Shown here piece by piece: positions 21,214-32,627 of a stretch of DNA of 64,000 nt. The stretch comes from Balanoglossus misakiensis (lineage: Eukaryota > Animalia > Hemichordata). Where the stretch lies: positions 62,001 through 126,000 of the forward strand of contig JBECUI020000027.1 of NCBI GenBank assembly GCA_040954595.2, read 5' to 3'. The position numbers and the translations under genes are program-made. The stretch's first letter is position 1; each line of letters begins with the position of its first letter. The notes below the pieces were generated by a model. The model saw nothing but the letters and a program-made list of their open reading frames with translations. It was not told where the DNA came from and did not search any database.

Positions 21214-22264
21214 GAGAAACACAAAGGTAGTGAATGTAAAGCATTTAGCAAAAAGAACTGAATTCTATATTTTTATTTCTATTGTTCTTCTAAGCCTACT
21301 TATCCAACTAAGGAGTGGTCAGTTTCTTACAGGGAACAATCTTGTGGACCTGACTCGCTCCTTTATCGTCCCAGGAATTTTTGCCATCGGGGCAATGATA
21401 GTCATTATCTCCGGGGGGATTGATGTTTCCTTTCCGGCTGTGGCTTCTCTTTCCATGTACCTGACAAACCGTATTCTTCTTCAAGCCGATTATTCGGGGC
21501 CTGTTATCCTGGCCTACCTTATGGGAGCAGGCTTCGGTATGATAATGGGGCTCTTGAATGGGGTTCTTATTGCCTATTTTCGATTTTCTACCTTAGTGGT
21601 AACTTTGGGCACTTCCAGTTTGTTTATTGGAATCATGCAAGGGGTGATGGGTGCCCATGAACTTCCGGTGTCTCCATCTATGTTTGCTCATGGGACCTCG
21701 AAACTCTTCTCCGTATACAACACCAAGTTGGGGTTGAATTCCGATATGCCCACTCAAATACTTATTCTTACAACCCTTCTGCTTCTCTCGTTCTTTCTTC
21801 TTCGTTTTACCTTCCTCGGACGAGGTATTTATGCTATAGGAGGAGATGAAGTTTCTGCCAAACGAGCTGGGTTCCCTGTGTTTTGGATTAAGGTGTTCCT
21901 CTACACTTATGGAGGACTTATCGCCGGAATAGCGGGAATTGCCAGAGCCAGTATGATGCGCAATGCCCATCCTACTAATCTTCTGGGAATTGAACTGGTA
22001 GTTATTGCTGCTGTCGTTCTGGGAGGCACACGGGTAATGGGAGGTTTCGGTACCCTAACAGGGACCATGCTGGGGATGGCTCTGATGATCATTATGTCAA
22101 ATAGCCTTATTCTGATTGGTATTCCCACTTATTGGCAGAGGGTTTTTACTGGTGCCGTGATTCTTATCGGCACAGGAATTTCTGCATATCAAGTAACTCG
22201 ATCCCGAAAGAGTAGGTGGAAAAAAGTCAAAAAAGAAAAAACTTCAGTAGAAAAAGCTCTATGA
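21197..22264 (+). CDS. Sugar ABC transporter permease
   Basis: GGIDVSF, GRGIYAIGG, IAAVVLGG; hydrophobic; start uncertain (GTG ~21230). Confidence 0.92.
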   Translation: MPDRLRRNTKVVNVKHLAKRTEFYIFISIVLLSLLIQLRSGQFLTGNNLVDLTRSFIVPGIFAIGAMIVIISGGIDVSFPAVASLSMYLTNRILLQADYSGPVILAYLMGAGFGMIMGLLNGVLIAYFRFSTLVVTLGTSSLFIGIMQGVMGAHELPVSPSMFAHGTSKLFSVYNTKLGLNSDMPTQILILTTLLLLSFFLLRFTFLGRGIYAIGGDEVSAKRAGFPVFWIKVFLYTYGGLIAGIAGIARASMMRNAHPTNLLGIELVVIAAVVLGGTRVMGGFGTLTGTMLGMALMIIMSNSLILIGIPTYWQRVFTGAVILIGTGISAYQVTRSRKSRWKKVKKEKTSVEKAL

Positions 22265-23280
22265 CAAGACAACGATTGGAACGATTTGCACAGAATGATC
22301 CTCATTTATTCCGTCTATTTATCATGCTCATTGCTGTTTTTTTGTTGATGAGTGCTATGAAACCTCAGATTTTCCTACGGCCAGGTAATCTGATATCCAT
22401 GGCAAAGCAGTTTCCCGAATACGGAATCATGGCCATCGGTATAAGTTTAGCTATGATTACAGGAGGGATTGACCTGGCTGTGGTAGGCATTGCCAATCTT
22501 ACAGCCATTGTTACAGCTAAGTTTCTTATTAGTAGCATACCCAAAGGTGCCCCGGACGGTTACATCCTCTTAATGATTGTTCTTGGCCTTTGCCTTGCAT
22601 CAGTGATAGGAGTATTGGCTGGAGCCTTAAATGGGTATCTCATTTCCTTTTTGAAGATTCCCCCTATTTTGACAACTTTGGGAACCCAACAGCTTTTTAC
22701 AGGGTTTGCCATTGTCCTTACAAAGGGACGTCCCATCAGCGGACTACCCATTCTTTACTCACGGATAGGAAATAAAGAACTTCTAGGATTTTTACCTACT
22801 CCCTTCCTTCTTTATGTTCTTGTATCTTTGGCCATCGGCATCATGCTTGCACGTACTCGCTTCGGAAAATCTGTGTATCTGGTGGGAACTAATCCCAAAG
22901 CGGCCCGATATTCTGGACTGAACGTGAGAGCCACTCTTATAAAAACTTATATTATCTCAGGGTTCCTGGCTTCAATCTCGGGATTGATTATGATGGCCCG
23001 GGTGAATTCGGCCAAGGCCGACTACGGAGCAACGTATACCTTACAATGCGTGCTTGTCGCCGTACTTGGGGGTGTCAAACCTGAGGGAGGTTTTGGTACA
23101 ATACGAGGGGTAACGATGGCTGTACTCATTCTTCAGATGCTTTCCTCTGGTCTGAATATGTTTGAAAATATAAGCAATTTCTATAGGGATGTCATTTGGG
23201 GAGGAGTACTGATCTTGGTTCTCATTCTTAATTACACAGTTCCAAAACTGAAGAGTAAAAGAGTATTAAAAGAAATTTAA
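22261..23280 (+). CDS. Sugar ABC transporter permease
   Basis: TGGIDLA, PPILTTLGT, GTNPKAARYSG; ATGA overlap with the previous stop. Confidence 0.92.
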   Translation: MTRQRLERFAQNDPHLFRLFIMLIAVFLLMSAMKPQIFLRPGNLISMAKQFPEYGIMAIGISLAMITGGIDLAVVGIANLTAIVTAKFLISSIPKGAPDGYILLMIVLGLCLASVIGVLAGALNGYLISFLKIPPILTTLGTQQLFTGFAIVLTKGRPISGLPILYSRIGNKELLGFLPTPFLLYVLVSLAIGIMLARTRFGKSVYLVGTNPKAARYSGLNVRATLIKTYIISGFLASISGLIMMARVNSAKADYGATYTLQCVLVAVLGGVKPEGGFGTIRGVTMAVLILQMLSSGLNMFENISNFYRDVIWGGVLILVLILNYTVPKLKSKRVLKEI

Positions 23281-23320
23281 GGAGAAATTGATTTCAGAAA
23301 GGAATAAAGGAGAAAACAAT

Positions 23321-24295
23321 ATGATTAAATACTCGGTAATTTTAGGCAACCTTGGCAATACTCGCGATAGGTTCCTCTCCTCAGGTTACAAAGAAACATC
23401 TCCCTTGACCACTATGATAAAGGAAGCCTCTGAGATCGATGGAATCCAGGGGGTGGAACTTGTGGAGACCTGGGATATTACTCTTAATACCGTAGATATT
23501 GTGAAAGAACTGCTTGAAAAGCATAAACTTCAATGTGTTTCCATCATACCTGACCATTTCAGCCAGAAAAAATGGGGGCAGGGGACCATTTCCAGCAAGA
23601 AGAAATATATCCGGGATGCTGCTCTTGACTACACCCTGGAATGTGTCGAGATAGCTCGGAAAATCAATTGTCCTACTCTGAATATCTGGCCCGGACAAGA
23701 TGGGTATGACTACTTTCTTCAATCAGACTTTAGTTCGGAGAGAAACTGGTTGAGTGAAAATTTGAAAAAGGTGGCCGAATCTGCCCCGGATATTCGCTTT
23801 GCCTTGGAATACAAGCCAAAGGAACCCAGGAACTTCTCCTTTTTAGCCAGGGCCGCCGACACCCTTTTGGTAGTAAACGAGATTGCATTAGATAATGTCG
23901 GTGTCACTATAGATACGGGGCATGCCTTAGTAGCGGGTGAAAATGTGGCTGAAGCAGCTGTAATCCTTCAGAAACATGGTGAAAAGCTTTTTCACCTGCA
24001 CTTTAACGACAATCATTCCTCCTGGGATGATGATATGATCGTAGGAAGCGTACATTTTCCTCTCTATGTAGAACTTCTTTATTGGTTAAAACGGACTGGT
24101 TATCAGGGCTGGTACTCCATGGATCAATATCCTTATCGGGAAAATGGAAAAGGAGCTATTGAAGCAAGTGTCCGTTATTTGCAAATGATAGACAGAATCC
24201 TTGATGAAAAAGCTATGCAAACACTGCAGGAAATCATTCGAGAAGGCAACGCTGTTACAACACAAAACTGGTTAAGAGAAACCTTTTTCCGATAA
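23321..24295 (+). CDS. Xylose isomerase-like TIM-barrel sugar isomerase
   Basis: WPGQDG, LEYKPKEPR, DTGHA, LHFNDN..WDDD metal ligands; AAGGAG RBS before ATG 23321; substrate unknown. Confidence 0.85.
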   Translation: MIKYSVILGNLGNTRDRFLSSGYKETSPLTTMIKEASEIDGIQGVELVETWDITLNTVDIVKELLEKHKLQCVSIIPDHFSQKKWGQGTISSKKKYIRDAALDYTLECVEIARKINCPTLNIWPGQDGYDYFLQSDFSSERNWLSENLKKVAESAPDIRFALEYKPKEPRNFSFLARAADTLLVVNEIALDNVGVTIDTGHALVAGENVAEAAVILQKHGEKLFHLHFNDNHSSWDDDMIVGSVHFPLYVELLYWLKRTGYQGWYSMDQYPYRENGKGAIEASVRYLQMIDRILDEKAMQTLQEIIREGNAVTTQNWLRETFFR

Positions 24296-24401
24296 AGTCA
24301 GTCATCCTGAAATAGTTGCTTACCCTTTTAACATTCCCACAACTTCTTAGAGAAAATTTGAGGGTAGTGAGAATCGTATTTCAGAACTCCATAGTCTTCT
24401 G

Positions 24402-27400
24402 GGTAGTGTTTAAAAATTGCGCAGATTCTAAAAAGGCAAAAAATGTCCTCCAAAGTTGAAATGGAATCGAATGCAAAACCATGCACACGGAGGACAAAAT
24501 GAGGTCAGAAAAAGACCCCTCGGGAAAGAGCATACAGATTGATGAAGGTCTCCTACAGAGCAGCCAAATGCTTAAAGAAACCGTAGGAGGAAACCTTGAA
24601 TGCCATGCTCAATGCGGAGGCAGATCCTTTACTTCAGGCTGAAAAATACGAACCTACGGATGCACAAAAAGTTACTCGTGCCGGACATTACACCAGGAAG
24701 TTGGAGATCACTGCTTTCAAGAGTAGGGACAGGTCGCGACCTGTCCCTACTTCGGCTTCCATTTGAAACAACAATTATTGAGCGTTATAAACGCCGGGAA
24801 ACATCCGTTGAAGAAGCCTTGGCCCTTTGGGGAAGCAAGGTAAAGCCCTGGGACAATGAGCAATTTGAACCAGGATCTCTTAGTAGGGACAGGTCGCGAC
24901 CTGTCCCTACTTCGGCAGCGACATAGTTGGATACGGAAAGGCTGTATTCGTTTTCTGCAATTTCCTTATTGTATACTAGTTTTGCGAGGTGTTTAATTGG
25001 TAGTGTTTAAAAATTGCGCAGATTCTAAAAAGGCAAAAAATGTCCTCCAAAGTTGAAATGGAATCAAAAGCAAAACCATGCACACGGAGGACAAAATGAG
25101 GTCAGAAAAGACCCCACGGGAAAGAGCATACAGATTGATGAAGGTCTCCTACAGAGCAGCCAAATGCTTAAAGAAACCGTAGGAGGAAACCTTGAATGCC
25201 ATGCTCAATGCGGAGGCAGATCCTTTACTTCAGGCTGAAAAATACGAACCTACGGATGCACAAAAAGATACTCGTGCCGGACATTACACCAGGAAGTTGG
25301 AGATCACTGCTTTCAAGAGCAGGGACAGGTCGCGACCTGTCCCTACTTCGGCTTCCATTCGAAACAGCAATTATTGAGCGTTATAAACGCCGGGAAACAT
25401 CCGTTGAAGAAGCCTTAGTTGAAGTGTATTTAGCTGGTGTTTCAGTGCGCCGAGTTAAAAATATTACCGAGGCGCACTTGGGGGAAGCAAGGTAAAGCCC
25501 TGGGACAATGAGCAATGTGAACCAGGATCTCTTAGTAGGGACAGGTCGCGACCTGTCCCTACTTCGGCAGCGACATAGTTGGATACGGAAAGGCTGTATT
25601 CGTTTTCTGCAATTTCCTTATTGTATACTAGTTTTGCGAGGTGTTTAATTGGTAGTGTTTAAAGAATTGCGCAGATTCTAAAAAGGCAAAAAATGTCCTC
25701 CAAAGTTGAAATGGAATCGAATGCAAAACCATGCACACGGAGGACAAAATGAGGTCAGAAAAAGACCCCACGGGAAAGAGCATACAGATTGATGAAGGTC
25801 TCCTACAGAGCAGCCAAATGCTTAAAGAAACCGTAGGAGGAAACCTTGAATGCCATGCTCAATGCGGAGGCAGATCCTTTACTTCAGGCTGAAAAATACG
25901 AACCTACGGATGCACAAAAAGATACTCGTGCTGGACATTACACCAGGAAGTTGGAGATCACTGCTTTCAAGAGCAGGGACAGGTCGCGACCTGTCCCTAC
26001 TTCGGCTTCCATTTGAAACAGCAATTATTGAGCGTTATAAACGCCGGGAAACATCCGTTGAAGAAGCCTTGGCCCTTTGGGGAAGCAAGGTAAAGCCCTG
26101 GGACAATGAGCAATTTGAACCAGGATCTCTTAGTAGGGACAGGTCGCGACCTGTCCCTACTTCGGCTTCCATTCGAAACAGCAATTATTGAGCGTTATAA
26201 ACGCCGGGAAACATCCGTTGAAGAAGCCTTGGTCCTTTGGGGAAGGCAAGGTAAAGCCCTGGGACAATGAGCAATTTGAACCAGGATCTCTTAGTAGGGA
26301 CAGGTCGCGACCTGTCCCTACTTCGGCAGCGACATAGTTGGATACGGAAAGGCTGTATTCGTTTTCTGCAATTTCCTTATTGTATACTAGTTTTGCGAAG
26401 TGTTTAATTGGTAGTGTTTAAAAATTGCGCAGATTCTAAAAAGGCAAAAAATGTCCTCCAAAGTTGAGATGGAATCGAATGCAAAACCATTCACACGGAG
26501 GACAAAATGAGGTCAGAAAAAGACCCCTCGGGAAAGAGCATACAGATTGATGAAGGTCTCCTACAGAGCAGCCAAATGCTTAAAGAAACCGTAGGAGGAA
26601 ACCTTGAATGCCATGCTCAATGCGGAGGCAGATCCTTTACTTCAGGCTGAAAAATACGAACCTACGGATGCACAAAAAGTTACTCGTGCCGGACATTACA
26701 CCAGGAAGTTGGATATCACTGCTTTCAAGAGTAGGGACAGGTCGCGACCTGTCCCTACTTCGGCTTCCATTCGAAACAGCAATTATTGAGCGTTATAAAC
26801 GCCGGGAAACATCCGTTGAAGAAGCCTTGGCCCTTTGGGGAAGCAAGGTAAAGCCCTGGGACAATGAGCAATGTGAACCAGGATCTCTTAGTAGGGACAG
26901 GTCGCGACCTGTCCCTACTTCGGCAGCGACATAGTTGGATACGGAAAGGCTGTATTCGTTTTCTGCAATTTCCTTATTGTATACTAGTTTTGCGAGGTGT
27001 TTAATTGGTAGTGTTTAAAAATTGCGCAGATTCTAGAAAGGCAAAAAATGTCCTCCAAAGTTGAAATGGAATCGAATGCAAAACCATGCACACGGAGGAC
27101 AAAATGAGGTCAGAAAAAGACCCCACGGGAAAGAGCATACAGATTGATGAAGGTCTCCTACAGAGCAGCCAAATGCTTAAAGAAACCGTAGGAGGAAACC
27201 TTGAATGCCATGCTCAATGCGGAGGCAGATCCTTTACTTCAGGCTGAAAAATACGAACCTACGGATGCACAAAAAGATACTCGTGCTGGACATTACACCA
27301 GGAAGTTGGAGATCACTGCTTTCAAGAGCAGGGACAGGTCGCGACCTGTCCCTACTTCGGCTTCCATTTGAAACAGCAATTATTGAGCGTTATAAACGCC

Positions 27401-28956
27401 GGGAAACATCCGTTGAAGAAGCCTTGGCCCTTTGGGGAAGCAAGGTAAAGCCCTGGGACAATGAGCAATTTGAACCAGGATCTCTTAGTAGGGACAGGTC
27501 GCGACCTGTCCCTACTTCGGCAGCGACATAGTTGGATACGGAAAGGCTGTATTCGTTTTCTGCAATTTCCTTATTGTATACTAGTTTTGCGAGGTGTTTA
27601 ATTGGTAGTGTTTAAAAATTGCGCAGATTCTAAAAAGGCAAAAAATGTCCTCCAAAGTTGAAATGGAATCAAAAGCAAAACCATGCACACGGAGGACAAA
27701 ATGAGGTCAGAAAAGACCCCACGGGAAAGAGCATACAGATTGATGAAGGTCTCCTACAGAGCAGCCAAATGCTTAAAGAAACCGTAGGAGGAAACCTTGA
27801 ATGCCATGCTCAATGCGGAGGCAGATCCTTTACTTCAGGCTGAAAAATACGAACCTACGGATGCACAAAAAGATACTCGTGCTGGACATTACACCAGGAA
27901 GTTGGAGATCACTGCTTTCAAGAGTAGGGACAGGTCGCGACCTGTCCCTACTTCGGCTTCCATTCGAAACAGCAATTATTGAGCGTTATAAACGCCGGGA
28001 AACATCCGTTGAAGAAGCCTTGGCCCTTTGGGGAAGCAAGGTAAAGCCCTGGGACAATGAGCAATTTGAACCAGGATCTCTTAGTAGGGACAGGTCGCGA
28101 CCTGTCCCTACTTCGGCAGCGACATAGTTGGATACGGAAAGGCTGTATTCGTTTTCTGCAATTTCCTTATTGTATACTAGTTTTGCGAGGTGTTTAATTG
28201 GTAGTGTTTAAAAATTGCGCAGATTCTAAAAAGGCAAAAAATGTCCTCCAAAGTTGAAATGGAATCAAAAGCAAAACCATGCACACGGAGGACAAAATGA
28301 GGTCAGAAAAAGACCCCACGGGAAAGAGCATACAGATTGATGAAGGTCTCCTACAGAGCAGCCAAATGCTTAAAGAAACCGTAGGAGGAAACCTTGAATG
28401 CCATGCTCAATGCGGAGGCAGATCCTTTACTTCAGGCTGAAAAATACGAACCTACGGATGCACAAAAAGTTACTCGTGCCGGACATTACACCAGGAAGTT
28501 GGATATCACTGCTTTCAAGAGTAGGGACAGGTCGCGACCTGTCCCTACTTCGGCTTCCATTTGAAACAACAATTATTGAGCGTTATAAACGCCGGGAAAC
28601 ATCCGTTGAAGAAGCCTTGGCCCTTTGGGGAAGCAAAATAAAGCCCTGGGACAATGAGCAATTTGAACCAGGATCTCTTAGTAGGGACAGGTCGCGACCT
28701 GTCCCTACTTCGGCTTCCATTTGAAACAACAATTATTGAGCGTTATAAACGCCGGGAAACATCCGTTGAAGAAGCCTTGGCCCTTTGGGGAAGGAAGGTA
28801 AAGCCCTGGGACAATGAGCAATGTGAACCAGGATCTCTTAGTAGGGACAGGTCGCGACCTGTCCCTACTTCGGCAGCGACATAGTTGGATACGGAAAGGC
28901 TGTATTCGTTTTCTGCAATTTCCTTATTGTATACTAGTTTTGCGAAGTGTTTAATT
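24402..28956 (+). repeat. Tandem array of 7 units (596-759 bp) of a degenerate IS256 left end with REP insertions
   Basis: Units start with GGTAGTGTTTAAA at 24402, 24999, 25651, 26410, 27007, 27604, 28200; each has a frameshifted IS256 5' fragment (LNAMLNAEAD..RAGHYTRKL..ERYKRRETSVEEAL) and 2-3 palindromes. Confidence 0.93.
24722..28869. repeat. 16 copies of the 30-bp REP-like palindrome AG(T/C)AGGGACAGGTCGCGACCTGTCCCTACT
   Basis: Starts at 24722, 24882, 25318, 25534, 25972, 26132, 26293, 26730, 26890, 27327, 27487, 27923, 28083, 28520, 28680, 28840. Confidence 0.9.
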
Positions 28957-29469
28957 GGTAGTGTTTAAAAATTGCGCAGATTCTAAAAAGGCAAGGATAC
29001 TAAAGCTCTTCATAAGCGACAGATGCATCGGGTTGGCCTGAATCCATCGAAGAGTTTTTCCCCAAAGCACGATGGCAACGATGCGTTGTTCACTATTACC
29101 GGAATGTATTCTCAGTAGTTCCCCGTGAGAAGGTCTGTGAAGTTGCAGCAATGCCTGAACAATTCATGCACAAGAAGATTGTGATGATGCTCTTGAGAAG
29201 GCTCAACTGATTGAAGGGAAACTCCGCATATGAAACTTCCCAAGGCTGCTGACATGGTGAGAAACTATATCCACGAAACTCTTGAGCATTTCCCCCGATG
29301 GGGATTCGGCCCTTATGCTATCAGCTGCCAGGCTCAGGCAGATCATGGGAACAAAATGGAGTACAGAAAAGTATTTGAATATGGACTTACTTAAAGCGAT
29401 AAGGCAAGATGCACGTTAGGCTCTTTCAACATTGGAGATTTGAAAGTGCGCAAAATTCTTGACACTACC
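28957..29469 (+). mobile_element. Internally deleted IS256 remnant with both terminal inverted repeats
   Basis: IRL GGTAGTGTTTAAAAATTGCGCA at 28957; IRR TGCGCAAAATTCTTGACACTACC at 29447-29469; decayed FPKARWQRCVVHYYRNV segment; no target-site duplication recognised. Confidence 0.8.
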
Positions 29470-29702
29470 GGCAGAATTTCGGTCGAAAGCCCTTTGAACC
29501 CGAAGTATTTCCAGTTTCAATGATAAGCATGAAAGCTTCCTAACACAGTCTAGCTTCAAACCTCCACATGGCCTCAACCGGAATTTCTTCTTATCTGTTG
29601 GTTCTCTCACAAGTCAGATTGGATAAACCCTTATCGCCAACACCCCCTACCAGGGCATTGATGAATAAACTATAAAAACTCCTCTTCCCAATCCAGACTT
29701 AA

Positions 29703-30641
29703 TCAGGCATAGCCGCCCCAGCGCAGTAGAGCTGCCACAATTCCTACTGTCAGGGCTGAGCCTAGGGTTGTGGCTGTAACAATAGCCGCTGCTTGGGTGG
29801 GGGGGTGGCCAAGAGAGCGAGAAACCACAAAGAAACTTACTGCGGTGGGGGCACTGAAGGAAAGAATCATTGTCCCTGTGATGGCATAACTAAGCCCCAA
29901 GGCCCTGGCAACACCCCAAGCTATGATGGGCATGAGTACAAGTTTGATTACCGAAGCACCCAGCAGTTCAGCACTTTGAAAAGTTTTCCCTTCGAATTCC
30001 AAGCTAATACCTATGGCCAGCAAAGCCAGGGGGAGGCTGCCTCGAGCCAGAATCTCCAGGAAAGTTAGAATGCTGGCGGGAAGTAGAACACCAACTCCAG
30101 ACAAACCAAGAATCATCCCAACAAGTGAAGATAGTAAGAGAGGGTTAAGAAAAATTTTTTTTAAAAATACCACAACGTTTTGATTCGCTTTCTTGGTCAA
30201 TCCCATCAGACCAAGAACATTGTGTAAGGGTAATCCAAAAGCTGATAAGAGAGCCGCCCGGGTAAGTCCTTCTTCACCATAGAGAGCCTCACCCAAAGCG
30301 TAGCCTATAATAGCCAAATTACTCCAGCTGGAGCCTGAGGAAAAAAGTCCACGGCTACCCTCCTTCAACCTTGTTAATTGGCCTACATAATGAGCCAAGG
30401 CATAGGTTAAGACGACCACAAGAAAAATACCTCCTACAAAACGAATTGAAAAAATTTCCCGTAGGGGGCTGATCGCCAGGGACCTTATGATGAGAGCCGG
30501 CAGGAAGACAAGGTAAACCACCCGGGTCATGTATCCTGCCTGTTCCTGATTCATAATATTAAAACGTCGAAGAAGTATTCCGACCACAATAACAAGGAAG
30601 ACCGGGAAAACTGCTGTAAAGCCAAAAAGTACGGTATTCAC
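29703..30641 (-). CDS. AEC (auxin efflux carrier) family transporter
   Basis: VFLPALI, SNLAIIG, NPLLLS, PLALLAIG, KLVLMP, APTA; ~10 TM segments. Confidence 0.88.
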   Translation of the reverse strand: MNTVLFGFTAVFPVFLVIVVGILLRRFNIMNQEQAGYMTRVVYLVFLPALIIRSLAISPLREIFSIRFVGGIFLVVVLTYALAHYVGQLTRLKEGSRGLFSSGSSWSNLAIIGYALGEALYGEEGLTRAALLSAFGLPLHNVLGLMGLTKKANQNVVVFLKKIFLNPLLLSSLVGMILGLSGVGVLLPASILTFLEILARGSLPLALLAIGISLEFEGKTFQSAELLGASVIKLVLMPIIAWGVARALGLSYAITGTMILSFSAPTAVSFFVVSRSLGHPPTQAAAIVTATTLGSALTVGIVAALLRWGGYA

Positions 30642-30733
30642 GCCGTTTAGTTTAATCGATGACTTCCTGGATGTCTTCCTTAAAAACTGAAATTTGACTC
30701 TTCTTGATTTTATGAGGCTTAAGCCTTACAATA

Positions 30734-31399
30734 GTGGCTATGTACCGGTTTTTTGTTATGGGGATTGTGGTAGCCCTTCTAGCCCTAGGAGGATGTTCAT
30801 CCTTCCAAGGGCCAAAAACAAGTGTAGATCCTATCTCTGGACTAACCTTAGAGGAACTTACTCCCATTCAGAAAAAACTTTTAGAAGGAGCTTCATGGGC
30901 TGAAGGACAAAATCAATTGAACCTGAAAGGGCGAAGCTACTTTATGGACTGTACCGGGGTGGTCTCAGCAATTTACTGGTACGCCGGAATTGATCTTCAG
31001 GTGGATTTTCCCCGTTATGAAGGAAATGGAGTGTTGAGGCTCTATCGGTATCTTGAGGATCATAATCTCACCAATCTATCACCAGCAAGCCTGTCTCCAG
31101 GGGACATCATTTTTTGGGATAACAGCTACGATAAAAATGCTAATGGCCTAGTTGACGACGAATTGACTCACATGGCAATGGTTGTCGAGGTAAGCGAAGA
31201 GGGCGATGTTACCTACATCCACGAAAACTACAGCAAGGGCATTGTTCGAGAAAGGATGAATCTTCTTTATCCCGATGACTCAGAGCGCAACAGCGGAATG
31301 CGAATGCGCTCCCTGGGACCAACACCGGAGGGAGATTGGAATTCAGGGCAACTTTTTCGGGACTTGGGTCGAGGCTATCTGATATCCAAAAACGATTAG
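30734..31399 (+). CDS. NlpC/P60-CHAP-like peptidoglycan hydrolase lipoprotein
   Basis: Lipobox LGGC; DCTG catalytic Cys, PGDIIF, THM catalytic His. Confidence 0.75.
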   Translation: MAMYRFFVMGIVVALLALGGCSSFQGPKTSVDPISGLTLEELTPIQKKLLEGASWAEGQNQLNLKGRSYFMDCTGVVSAIYWYAGIDLQVDFPRYEGNGVLRLYRYLEDHNLTNLSPASLSPGDIIFWDNSYDKNANGLVDDELTHMAMVVEVSEEGDVTYIHENYSKGIVRERMNLLYPDDSERNSGMRMRSLGPTPEGDWNSGQLFRDLGRGYLISKND

Positions 31400-31426
31400 C
31401 TCAACCATGAAATTGGCCAAGCTCCC

Positions 31427-31957
31427 CTATAAAGTGTGAATGGCGGCTTCTATAATGCTAACAACCTGAGAGGCGTTAAGACGACCTGTATTGAGAACAA
31501 GATCAACAAATTCATAGTTGCTGGTATCAATGTTATAAATCCGATTGTAGCGTCGCTGGTCACGAAGATCCCGGTCCAGAGTTATTTTGAGTTGTTCCAT
31601 AGAATCACCGCCTTCTCTTTTGCGTATCCTCTGTGCCCGTATTTCCGGGCTGGCATTAAGGAAGATTGTGAAATTAGCATCTTTTAGCATCCATATGGCC
31701 AGTCTTGAGCCCACAACACAAGGGGTCTTCTGGGCCATAAGAACCTGATTTTCATCGACACGCTTGTCGTAATTATCGTTTTTTTCAGCTCGACGACAGA
31801 TTTCCTCAAAGCTCACACCATCTTCCTTAGCAAGGGTACGAAAAGTATAATTGACAAACCTTATGCCCAGATGTTCTGCCAAAAGTTTGCTGACAGTTGT
31901 ATTCCCACAGCCACTTTTTCCTGAAATTGCTATTTTTAAATTAGTTCTATTCGACAT
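31427..31957 (-). CDS. cmk: Cytidylate kinase (archaeal-type, short form)
   Basis: ISGKSGCGNTT P-loop, GSRLA, RY..IY.ID, DLVLNT. Confidence 0.85.
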   Translation of the reverse strand: MSNRTNLKIAISGKSGCGNTTVSKLLAEHLGIRFVNYTFRTLAKEDGVSFEEICRRAEKNDNYDKRVDENQVLMAQKTPCVVGSRLAIWMLKDANFTIFLNASPEIRAQRIRKREGGDSMEQLKITLDRDLRDQRRYNRIYNIDTSNYEFVDLVLNTGRLNASQVVSIIEAAIHTL

Positions 31958-32627
31958 TGTGTTGTTTCTCTCATACCCTTTCCAGGGTCCCTTTAGTAGT
32001 CTCCACCATTAAAACCACTTTCAATCTTCTTTAACTTGGAACATATTCATCTCCAGAGCAAGAGAATAAAGTCACCAGACCCATGATTTCATCACTTCCC
32101 GAACAGTTTCAGAACGGTACGGCAAAGATGAAACCTCCACCACTTTAGTTATCTCTTAAGATATCCAGGGTTATAACAGCACCTCCCAAGGAGTAACTTT
32201 ACAATGACAAACTCTACTAATCATCCGACAAACTGAAACTGCTTTTTCCCCAACCGACTGCCCCTTTCCATTCCTTCCCCCTGCCCAATCTACCAGGAAG
32301 GAAACCCCGATGTGAAAATTTCTTATTTCTTCAACACATTCACCAGGATTGCAAACTTTTTCTCCAGGTTCCTGCCGTCAGACCAAGGCCCTAAACTGAT
32401 GAAGATCATCTTCCCTATTCTCCCGCATTCTTTCAATTAATTCCAGACTCCCTAGAGAAAAAATTTCCTTGAAGGAGATGTTTAACGTGAGATTCCAAAT
32501 TTGAAGAGGGCTGACAAGAGTGTGGAGTTCATGGCACGCACAGTAATGGAAAGTATCGGATTCTGATCCTCCTGACAATTATATACCTTCCAGTATATTA
32601 TCCACATGCCTAAAACTCTTACACCGC

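Noticed and set aside
24402-28956. Palindrome array as CRISPR; 108-aa MPCSMRRQ.. ORFs as real genes
   Set aside because: Sequences between palindromes are repeated IS256 DNA of 130-400 bp; the ORFs are frameshift chimeras of transposase and REP sequence
31960-32625. ~670 bp gap between murC and cmk as an ncRNA or gene
   Set aside because: No recognisable RNA family or credible ORF
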